From: Macrostomum lignano
Taxonomy: Eukaryota
Assembly (NCBI GenBank): GCA_002269645.1
Contig: NIVC01001696.1
Location: forward strand, 124,001 to 188,000
Reading direction: 5' to 3'
DNA length: 64,000 nucleotides
How positions within the stretch are numbered: position 1 is the first letter of the stretch; every line of letters begins with the position of its first letter. This document shows positions 40,294-51,186 of this stretch, piece after piece. The translations under genes and the position numbers were made by a program. The notes beneath the pieces were generated by a model. It saw nothing but the letters and a program-made list of their open reading frames with translations. It was not told the origin of the DNA and did not search any database.

Positions 40294-42188
40294 TTGTAGT
40301 TGTGGTTTAGTAACGGAACTGAGTTGAGCGTAAAACAATTAAAGCGGACTGACAAGCTCTTGAACATATAATCTGATAAAAGTGAAAGCAATAACTGAGT
40401 GAATAAACTACATGTACGCTCGTATATTTTACAGCATGAAATGAAAACAACTGACAACCATAGGCTCGTATTTTTGTTCATTTTTTAAACGGAAGTGGCT
40501 TTTTCTGTAGCTGTTTCTCGATTTAAACAATAAGCAGTTTTTCCATTTGCTTGTTTCAATTCGAATGCCTCTCAGGTGGGCTACTGCCTACTGCGCAGAC
40601 ATGCTGCAGCCGATAATACGTCAGCCAATTCGTCAGTGTAGAATAATTTCCCAATCAACAAACCTCGAACGATGAACAATCCCCTCACAAACGCGATTTC
40701 GTCAGGTGTCTTCTGTCAGCAGATTTGTCTGCGAAAGCAGACTGAATGGCCTTGGAAGTATGCTGGAATCGAATTGAACAGCACGGTTTCCAAATGAAAC
40801 GTTTACATATGAATTCTGTCTACAAATGGATTTTTGTAAAATTGGAAGGATTTAGAAACCTAGAAGGACTTTAAAAAAGGTTCATTATGGTTTTTTGGTA
40901 CCATCGAAAAAGGGAACGGAACTTTAAAATTCCTCATAATCTATAAAAATAATTTCACAACCTAAATTTTTAACGTTAAGGAAAAAGCTTGCCTGTGAAA
41001 TTTTATGCTTTCTATGTTCTGATTTAGGTTCAGAAAGCCAAATTTCGTTAAAAAATTCGTAAAATACGTAGGATTTTTCAGTTGATGAAAAGGACAGATC
41101 GTCCTTTACGACCTTTACGTAACGACATCATACGTCGGCTGATTAACTTCGGTGATTTGTAAAAGTACATATCTGTCATGGACGTCGATAGTTTTGTGTT
41201 TGATCCGATAGACAGGTGCACAAGTTTGCCGATCATATTTGATGTTGGAAGAATACTACTATACATAGGCTGGTAGGACAGCCCAAAATTAAATCAGTAT
41301 CGTAGAAAATGAAACTCGAACACTTCTCTAGAGGCCACGCAGTGTAATTTCAATTTAGTACTTCCTCTACTCAATTGGATAATTCTCTAGAGTATTTAAA
41401 AACCCGTAAAAGTTTTTAGTTTCAGGAGAATTCCCTTTGGGCCTTCCTACATGCTTAGAGGGACCAGTGCATACTGCCAGAAGTGAATCCTCACTGCAGA
41501 CATGCGAAGCCAATGTGAGTAATTAAAAACTGTGCAACTAGGGGCTCGATTCCAATTTTCGAATGGCACGGCTGTGGACTAATCCGTTGCCCTCACTCGT
41601 TCGATCGACCGACTGTGCACTACAATTCGGTTTCGAAAAAGTCCGGAAAGAAGCCTGCGAGAAGGTTGGCTGGCAGCCCAATTTTCTCCACTGCCCTGAT
41701 GGGAGTTTTCGGCCGCGAGAGGAACCTTTCACTGAGGTGGGGGAGGAGCTTGAAAAGTTGCAACCAATGGCTAGGAAAAAGCTTTTCGTACAACGCCGGC
41801 AGCGTTCTTGTTGTCGAAAGATTTCGCTGATTATACAGTCTTTCTGAATCGAAGGAAGCTAAAGCAGGTATGTTAGATAGGCAACCAACATGGGAAAAGT
41901 TCTGGACCCAAACCCACGACCCCCGCCGTGCAGCTTGATGGTTGAGCGAAAAAAATAACATAGCCATGGCTCCGCCCTGCTTATTAGCTCACGAAAAGCC
42001 AGCCCGTAAGGTGATGAACTTCGACTGCAGCAAATCAAAGCACTGCGCGAACTTTCATTGGCTTCCATCAGCCCGAAGCTACAGCCAAGAACATTGATAT
42101 ACTTCTGCTATTTGCAAAAGCTCTTGCCCACAAAGACTAAGTCGATCTGAATTAACTCTGGAAGTAACTCGATATCATAAGGTCAGCC

Positions 42189-45100
42189 ATGCCCCCGAAT
42201 CTGAAAGCGGCGGTCTCCGTGCTGCACGACTACGGCCAGCGCTCTACGCTCCATGGCCTCAGCCACATGCACCAGAGCGGGGATCCGTGGCGACGCGCCT
42301 TCTGGGTGATCCTGACCTTCGGCGGGTGTGCGGCCTGCTTCTACCACACCTACGCAACCATCTCTAACTACTTGGAGTCGCCAATCACCAGTATCTTTAG
42401 AGACGAGGGAGTCTCGGCCACTTTTCCCGACGTGACAATTTGCAATTTGAAGCCAGTGTCAGAAACGCTGCTTCATACGCCCTCAGAGCGGAGTCTGCTT
42501 TTCCAGCACCTGGAGAACAACTGGAATTTCTTTCGCAACTGGCTTCCGGAGAAGCGAAAACGACGATTTAATGAGACGCGAGTCGATTACAAGCTACGCC
42601 AGAGAGACCTGTTCAAAACCTACATGGATGTGTTCTGGGCTACGGACGACACGCGCGACTTTGGCCAGAGCGATCTGCACATGCTGCTCTCGTGCGTCTA
42701 CAAAGGTCGCCAGTGCAACAGCGACAATCTAAAGCTGATCCAGCATAATCGCTACTGGAACTGCTACACGTTTTTACCAACCAACGGCGATAGAAGCATC
42801 GATAGTAGCGATCAGAATAGTGGACTGAAGTTAATTTTATTCACCGACTCAAACTTTGATGACGATCGACTTAACCAACAGACACTTTACGAGCGTAAAA
42901 AAAGCGCAGATGACGAAATGCACCGGCCGTACGACCTGGAGGAGTATCTCAGCGTCGGCGATCGCACCATGAACCAGGTTCTCACCGGGAACAGCTGGGA
43001 AGCTGAGGGTCTGCGAATTTTTGTCCACCGAGAAGGCCAACACCCGATGACAACTGGCCTGGCTTATGACATCTCGAGTGGGGCCTCGACAACCATTGAG
43101 TTCTCCGAGGTGCAGGTGAACGCGTTAAACATTCCTCCGGAGCATGTGTGCCAGGAGAAAACACCAGATGAGATACTCTACGTGCGGTTCTTTGGAGATA
43201 ATTCAACGGGAGTCGGGTTTAAAAATTACAGTCTCACGCAGTCGCTAGCCGTAATTGAGGCCAAGCAACGCATGGTGTACGAAACCTGCAGCTGCTATTC
43301 GCACCTGCTACCGTTTCGTCACAATACGTCGACCTTGTGCATGTTTGCGCCGCATGGGGAACGGCATGAACCGTCTCGAGCTCTGCTTGATCGGATGAAC
43401 TGTCACGATGCTGCCTACCAGGAGGCGGAAAGTCGGACCGCCGACCTAATGCAAACCATGGAAGGTTACACACCATGCAACAATTGGAAACTACATGCCA
43501 CAAAGACTGAGGTGTCCTGGCCAAGAAACGACGAACTAATCGACTTTGTCAACTATATTGTCCTGCCGCGCTTTACTGAACCGAAGGAATACAAATCATC
43601 CAGACTAAATCATCTGCTCGGCAGTTCTAATTCGAGTCGGGGACAGTCGGTGCTTAAAAACCTTTTCAACGCAACCTGCAAGCCTGGTGGTCTTAATAGC
43701 AGTTTAGAAGACGCCTGGTGCTTGTCAAAGCACAAGTTGATCACTAACGTAGCTAGAGTGTGGATCAAGCCGGACTCACCGAGGGCCGCGGTGTACATGG
43801 AGGACTACAGCTACGACTGGCCGGAGGCTCTCAGCGAAATTGGAGGCATCTTCGGTCTGTGGATGGGTGAGACAGCGGTAGGCTTCAACTTATGCTAATT
43901 ATTTTAATAATTCTCTCAAAAATACTATTTTAGAGCACTTGTTATGTCTTCTGCTCCGACGTGGAGCTGCTACATTTAAGTAAGAAGTCAATCGTTCGCC
44001 TAAGCGGTTCGAGCTATCGCATTGCTCCGGTTGATACAAACTCCTCTTGGGATTCATCTTGTAACTACTTTATTATAAAATAATAGATTGTGCCCTAAAC
44101 AACAAAATATAGGGCTGGGGGGCATACTCTGTGTCTTCTCTGCTAACATACAACAGCACTGCAGATTAAATTTGTTCGAAGTTGTTAGAATGGTCATTGC
44201 TGGTACCATCCATTAATGGTATAGCTACAAGTGAAAGCAGTTAATCATGGCTTTTACCAGAGACGTTAAAATACTTTATATAAAAATACTTGGTAGATCA
44301 ATTAGTGTGCAGACAATTGCGCATTATTGCACGCTAATTGATCTTATTGTCTATGGTAAACTTGAAGTCTTCTCCACAGTTGGCTCTACCAGTCGTCAAT
44401 GTGATAGATGCACGGCATAAGAGTGCAATAATGCCTAGACCACAAGTGCGCTAACCTCAATCTACAAAATGAACTGCCCAATCTACAGAGTGAACTGCCC
44501 AATCTACAGGGTGAACTGCCCAATCTACAGAGTGAACTGCCCAATCTACAGGGTGAACTGCCCAATCTACAGAGTGAACTGCCCAATCTACAGAGTGAAC
44601 TGCCCAATCTACAAAGCGCACTCGTGGTCTAGGCATTATTTCACTCTCTAGCCGTGCACTATCTCCCCATTGAAGAACTCAAAATCGACAATCTAATCTT
44701 TTAATGACGCTCGTTCTAATCGCTATTAAGTTTCACAAAATTTGTTGAATTATTCACGAATAGTACGATTTTTTTGTAGTCGTTGCCTTGTACATCAAAT
44801 GCTTGATATTAGCCTTTATAATACCGGCACAAACTACCCCAATCAACCTTCACTGCTCTACTTGCATGTACGCTCGTACAGGCTTAGTCGTGACTACTTT
44901 CCTTCTTGTTTTGGTAGATCCATTGTGCATTGGGCTCGTGATGGAATGCTTTTAATGTAAGATAAGAATAAAAAGTATCGAATGCTGTTCAGATTCAAAA
45001 CAATCCAATTTATTTTCAGCCAGGAAAGTTCATGAGAGATTCCAGGTTTCTACCTGAAGCTATCTTATGACAAAGTAACATGTATCCATGCCAGACACGA

Positions 45101-46148
45101 CTCGCCCTGTTAGCTTATGGAAATTTTTTTAGTAAGCTTGAATCCATTAATTCAAGAAGTTATTTAACTATCAGTCATATGCCCGAAATAGTAATAATAA
45201 TGATAGTAATAATAATATTAATAATAAGAGTGACAATAATAATAATATTTGATTACACCTACCCCAATAAGTAGATGTGCAACCGACAGCTCAGCCGCAG
45301 CTATTTGCGCAGCGCATCTGAAGGCTGCGTACGGCTGTTCAGTCCAAGGACTGGGGGTCGCCATGCACACCCTCAATTACCCCAGCTAATGCTGGCACCC
45401 ATTTTACAGCTGGGTGAACTGAAGCAATGCAGAGTTAAGTGTCTTGCTCAAGGACACAAATTGTTCTGAATGGGTCGAGAATCGAACCCACGACCTTACA
45501 GTCATGAGTCCGACGCTCCAACCACTAGGCTACAACCACCTGCCCTTAGAACACAATGTTAGAGTATGTGTATTGTATAAGCGACCTCAATAAATATATA
45601 TTTTAGTTGAGCACAGACCATTCATTGGACTCCAGTTTCCTAAAAGATGAGATGACTCTTTGAAGCTACCATTTCTGAAATAATTCTTACTGGATACTTT
45701 GATCCATAAATTTACGAAGTTTCAATGCTTCCTAACCAATATTTTTCATTTTACAACTGCAGGCATCTCTCTGCTAAGCGTGTGCGAATTCGTCGAACTA
45801 GTTTTCATCCTGTTCAAAGCTTGCTCAACCAAGGACTCGGATGACAGGCGGTTGATGAGACTTCCGGGAGTGTGCAGCGGTGGGGCAGGTGCAGCGTCAG
45901 GGCTAACGGCTGGCGAGTTGGAAAATCTTCTCCGTCAAGTGTTGGTTAACCAGAGCTTGGAGGAGGAACAGGAGCTGGCAAATTTCTGGGCTGCCAGAGG
46001 CTTCAAGCAGCAGCAAAGTTTAGATGAAAGTGCGGAACTGCAGACGACTGCGGCTGAATACCGGAATTCACCAACCTACAGGCGTCCAATGCAATTTAGT
46101 CCGCCGCAACAGCAGCAACAGCAGCAAGGAAAGCAACAGCAGAATTAG
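42189..46148 (+). CDS. DEG/ENaC family sodium channel subunit, 2 exons, ~687 aa
   Basis: Exons 42189-43866 and 45763-46148 (phase 1). STLHGLSH (HG motif), TM1, FPDVTICN, CVYKGRQC, YWNCYTF, GLRIFVH, Cys-rich thumb. The spliced TM2 reads LSEIGGIFGLWMG|ISLLSVCEFVEL (GxS filter). Poly-Q tail. Confidence 0.93.
44391..44679. mobile_element. Foldback MITE with ~60-bp TIRs enclosing ~8 copies of a 21-bp repeat, in the DEG/ENaC intron
   Basis: ..TGCACGGC..GAGTG.AATAATGCCTAGACCAC.AGTGCGCT is mirrored by AGCGCACTCGTGGTCTAGGCATTATTTCACTC..GCCGTGCA. Internal unit AATCTACAGAGTGAACTGCCC. No clear TSD. Confidence 0.8.
45186..45540 (-). mobile_element. tRNA-derived CORE-type SINE
   Basis: Minus strand: A box TAGCCTAGTGG, B box GGTTCGATTC, CORE-like GTGTCCTTGAGCAAGACACTTAACTC..CAGTT..CTGTAAAATGGG, (TTA)n tail. 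Related copy at 61849. Confidence 0.85.
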
Positions 46149-46340
46149 TAAAAGAAATTTACTTGTTAAAACAAAAAAACTAAAAGTGCTTCCATATTTT
46201 CGTGGGTTCAAGAACTATGATATATAGAAGGATTGGATATTGTAACTATTTTCGCCACAATAAAGTAACAGACAAAATAAATGTGAACCAGTTGCGATGG
46301 CAATAGATATATTTCATTACTGAGCCTACATGTAATAATA

Positions 46341-47084
46341 TACCTTTTCCACTCCAAGTCTGTCACAAGTAACTTCAAATCTGCCGTAGATAGCAGAAAG
46401 GCATACATTCAGCTCGCAAGCCGAGCGCCAACTTAAGAGTCTATGGTTAAAGCTCAGATCAATTCTGTCAAAAGTAAGTTCAAATCTGTCAGAGATATAT
46501 ATGTTGACAGCAACGCGAGTTCACAACAATTTTTTCTTGCCTTACCCACCATGCCCTATGCAAGAATATGCTTAATAGACAGGCAGCGCCTGGTTAACAG
46601 CTACAACACTGGACGGGACTGGAGGAGACTGGCCATTGACCTCGGAATCAAAAGGACCACCGCAAACTTGATCCTAAAGCATTCAGACTGAGCATTCTGA
46701 TTCGCGAATTGCATGCCAGCATGCCTCATCTGACACATGACCACTGCCTACGATGGCACCTGCACACGTTGAGTTACGGACAGGCCTGCTTGGATCGTCG
46801 CGATATTTTTGTTTGAAATATCTATGCAACTGATTGACTGTAGCAGACATGTTAGCATAGTGAATTACAGAATTTGTTGCTTTAATTTGAGAGCACTGTT
46901 CAAAATAAACCTTTGTTTCGTTATCTGTTCAGTGGACAGATTTGAAATTACTTTTGACAGAATTGATCTGAGCTTTAACCATAGACTATTAAGTTGGCGC
47001 TCGGCTTGCGAGCTGAATGTAAGCCTTTCTGCTATCTACGGCAGATTTGAAGTTACTTGTGACAGACTTGGAGTGGAAAAGGTA
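46341..47084 (+). mobile_element. Non-autonomous IS630/Tc1-superfamily transposon (744 bp, ~150-bp TIRs)
   Basis: TA|TACCTTTTCCACTCC...GGAGTGGAAAAGGTA|TA. Internal HTH remnant LIDRQRLVNSYNTGRDWRRLAIDLGIKRTTANLIL. Confidence 0.85.
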
Positions 47085-47170
47085 TAGTATTGCTTTTGTC
47101 GTGCTATGTGTAACAGCGGGCATGCAAAACGGAACGGGCCATAGAATTCTATAGCCAAGTGTTTGAGTTA

Positions 47171-48303
47171 CACTCAGCAACATTTAAAACGCAACACTCT
47201 AACTAGAAGAAAAATCAACTCATTCAGAAGAGTCAAAGCGCATAGTCTATGGTTCAAATCGAGCTTCAGAAACGCGTGTAGCCTCCTCTCGCAAGTAACA
47301 GGGCGTTGACTCGACGTGGCATTCCAGGTGCAGCTGGTCCTTGAGTTCGCTGACAGCTGCTGCCCGGTGCGCCGGTGCATTATCGTCCTGCAGTATGCAG
47401 TTTGCGACGCCACCAAAGTGGTTGTTAACAAAAGGGAGCAGATGCGTCTGCAGCAAACGAGCGTACTCATCGCCGTTCACGTTTGCGTCTAAGAAAACCA
47501 GCTGGGTCCTGCCTCGCATTGAAATCCCTGCCCACACGTGTACGGAGGGTCCCTGCCCATCGCAGCTTTGCACGTGCTGCTGCAGAAGCTCTTGCCGTGG
47601 CTCACGCCAGACGCGAATTCGACCATCACTGCGAAAAAGACGAAACCGACTCTCGTCTGTAAAGATAACGCGCTGCCACTGTCCTTGCCGCCAGTGCGCC
47701 CGCTGCATGGCCCACAGTTCCCTGTTAGCGACATGTGCAGGACTCAGGCGCGGCCTCCTCCGCATTTTTCTTGACCGCAATCCTGCAGCGTGAATCCTGC
47801 GGCGAATCGTCTGCGCGCTGAGAACGTTGCCTCTGCGGCTTCTCTCTGCCCACATCAATCGCAGGAGTGTGGCAGGCAGTGTGGGGTTTCCACGCACTAT
47901 TCTCAGCAGGCGTCGATCTGCCCTCGCTGTTGTACTGCGAAGTTGGTGAAGCACCGTACCTTTTCTCGCGTGAGCCACGCTTCCAGTGGCTCTGCTCTTC
48001 TGTAGCAGACGTAAAACTGTTGAAGGCGACCTCCCGAAGTGGTTCGCAACTGTTCGAAGAGTACAACCTGCTTCCAACATTCCGACTGCTCGCCATCTTT
48101 CCGCGTCTGTCATCTGTTGAACCATTCTCTCAGCTGGATCACTCTATCTGAAAACAGTCCATAGTCATCGCCCTGTTACTTGCGAGAGGAAGCTACACGC
48201 GTTTCTGAAGCTCGATTTGAACCATAGACTATGCGCTTTGACTCTTCTGAGTGAGTTGATTTTTCTTCTAGTTAGAGTGTTGCGTTTTAAATGTTGCTGA
48301 GTG
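47171..48303 (-). mobile_element. Tc1-like transposon (1133 bp, 135-bp TIRs) with an internal deletion
   Basis: TA|CACTCAGC...GCTGAGTG|TA; near-identical TIRs 47171-47305 and 48169-48303. Confidence 0.93.
47247..48125 (-). pseudogene. Tc1 transposase ORF truncated before the catalytic Glu
   Basis: Paired-like HTHs, VIFTDESRF, VWAGIS and LQDDNAPAH are present. The WPxxSPDLNPIE motif is missing; the frame runs into the TIR. Confidence 0.88.
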
Positions 48304-51186
48304 TAACTCGGGGAAGGCAAGCCATAGACAACTCGATCTGTCATGCAATATGGAAAGGTGAGCCGGAATAGAAGGAACAGTTTGAGTTTTATTTACAGCA
48401 ATAATAAAAACAGACATTAATGAAGCACATTTTAAGTCACAAATTGAAACCATCAAATATAAAAAGGTCAACTCTTCGTTAGCGTATTCGCTTCTGGCGT
48501 CGACATCCATGATCCCCAAGGTAGCAAGTTTGATCGTAAAGAGCAAACCATCCACTGCTCGATCAATTGTTTTAAGGCTCACATGCGGCTTGTCAGGAAA
48601 GCTTCCAACCAGCTTCTCAGCCATTGAATTTAGCGTTAGAAAGGGATTTTGATGCACCTCTTGTTGCAAAAAAATTGCATCTCTGCGTCCACTACGCAGA
48701 TATTCCTAATAAAACTGAAACATCCGTCATCGACAGTCCACGATGCAAGGCGGCTATGATACGCTGTCGATCGCGTACAGAAATTTGCGGTGCCGTTTAT
48801 ACGACCGTTAGAAAATAAAAGCGTCTTGCCTCTGTGAAAAGCTCAAATCGTTCCTTCTAGGTCGAGGTCGAACCCTATGGGCCGTTCCGTTTTGGATGTC
48901 CCCAGTTCCACATAGCATGACAAAAGCAGTAGTAGTTCCCGGGTTCCAAGTTTCCAAATTTCATTGTCAAATAACTTTGGCCAAAGATCGCAGTAAAAAA
49001 ATCAATTTAAACAACTTTAAATTTTCATACACTTCAAGTAGCTATAGATTTCGTAGTTGAAAGGAAGATTGTCAGTGTAATGCTCCACTTCAATGTATTT
49101 CATTGTTGATGGCCGGTCACCGTACACTGAACGAATGAAAAGCTCCAGACTCTTCAAAATTGCACAGCATTCCTCTAGATTTCATCCGAGTTTGGTAATT
49201 TGAGTTTTTTTGAATAAGGATAAAGCATCGAGGGAATTTGGTTGATTTGAGAATTCGTTTTGAAGTTTCTTGTTATAACTTTGCATCCTGAAATTCTACC
49301 TACATGTAGTATGCGCTATATCGCAATCTTATTGCTGAACTTGAAAAAAAACTTGGAAAATGTTCAAGCTTCATAATATAATTACTTTTTTTCAAATAGA
49401 GAAAATGCATAATGAAATTTGTAGCTGAATTACTGTTGACAAGTTATTTCATTAGATAGTTATTCCATTCTCATTCGATAATTCAGGATCGACATCAGAG
49501 CTAGTGTCAGTAATTTTTAATGGAAGAATACTACAGCCAAAGCCCACTAGTCAAAATCACTATTCAATAAGTTCACTACTTGCTGTGGACCATGATTCTA
49601 ATCGATTTTCGGTGGAAGATGTCGAAGACACTCTTCAAGACCAGCTGGATCGGCGTGACCCGTAAGTGCAGGTGCAAATTTAAAAAATTGAAAAAAAAAT
49701 CTTGGGCACGTTTGATGACAGGAGTGGGCATCCAGAGGGCTCGTATATTTGTGGTAGATGGGCTACCACGATGATTTAATTTTTCTAACTTTGAACTACT
49801 AACTCACCGGAACACACACCTTTGTCGTCCCGTTCTTACGTCTGGCCCCCACGTCTGGCCCATCCTCTGGCCTCTGTCCGCCATTCTCTGTCCTGCATGT
49901 TTGTTGCCCCATTTTTGTTTCTCTTTGCTTCCCATCTGTTGCCCAATGGCCTGCCCCATCTTCTGCCCCAGTGGGTGCCCCAATGCGACGGCAATAAGTT
50001 GTGCATGCTCATATATAATCACCGTAATGAACTTTCTGTTACCGACTCTTGGTCTGGCTGTTGTTTTTATTAACTTTTGTTAACCAACTTTTACTCATCC
50101 CGCACCTCGGCTCCGCCGGATATCTTGCTCGTAGCGGCTCGGCTGAAGGCGATTATTAAACCAGAAAATAAACAACGAACTCTACTACTTATTCATTAAT
50201 CAATAAATTAGCCAATAGCATTATCTTAAATACTTTTCCCGCGGGGCGTACGAGCTAAAACAACCAATTGTTCTCAACTCTAAGCGAGCTCTGAAAAACT
50301 ACCATTCTGTAATGCGTAAATTACGGTGGTGGCAGCGATACGCTACTCTTAGTAAGCTTCAACGCATATCGACGTACATTGAACTCCGGTGTCTGTGGAC
50401 CCAAACTTGAACGACCGTGCCTATTTACGACCGCTCGACCGCGACTTCAACTACCATCCCCCCCCGGAATTGAGGACCCCGGCAGACGGAGTAACCCTGT
50501 AGAATTTTCTTGAGATTCGAATGCGCGATCTTCCGGATTAATTCGTGCGAACTCAACGCAGGCGGCAATACGAATTTGCTAGCTGCCCCAACTTCCAAAT
50601 TTGTTCCGCAAATTTGGAAAATTTGGAAAACCACCTGCACTTCATTATTTATACTACGTCATGTATGACTCATCGTATGCCATAAGAATTAATTAGTCCA
50701 CGACAAATAAATCGTAAAAATATATCTTTTTCTAGAAGTAAACTATCTTGGATTTTTGTTTATATCACAGGATAATCAATTCATTAGAAACTTAATCAAA
50801 AATGTTCAATACGGTTTAGTTAAATTTGCACGCTAAAATATAGGTCAAAGTAAGCACTGCTTGATTTTCTTACTGTACTTTTGTCTTCTTTTGTCTAAAA
50901 CTTTTAGCACTGCACCAAAATAGGGGTGTGTGCCAACTAAATACGCTAGAACATGTAGGGTAGGTACAGTATGAATTAGTAGATAAAACGCATATATGTA
51001 GAATACAGAAATGAGTAGTCGATATTTTCACTGTGCAGGTAACATCCGTAAAAATGTTTCGCTAAAGGGATACATTACATGCTCATCAAAGAAGAATATA
51101 TCGTCAAACTATTTCTGCATGGATTTAAAGCGTTTGTGTTTAGCCAAAAAAATTGACACAGCATTTGCTTTAAAAAATGGAACAGG

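Larger units (their letters stand above)
47090..48929 (-). mobile_element. Decayed IS630/Tc1-superfamily transposon (host of the nested Tc1)
   Basis: ~65-bp TIRs (T/C)TGCTTTTGTC.TGCTATGTG..CAAAACGGAACGG.CCATAG with TA on both sides (47088-47089, 48930-48931). Minus-strand transposase remnants QISVRDRQRIIAALHRGLSMTDVSVLLGIS and QNPFLTLNSMAEKL..PDKPHVSLKTIDRAVDG. Confidence 0.8.

Noticed and set aside
41538-42068. Short ORFs upstream of DEG/ENaC
   Set aside because: No motifs, and conflicting overlapping frames.
49580-50640. Possible gag/LTR remnant or stray exon
   Set aside because: No diagnostic motif, termini or TSD identified.
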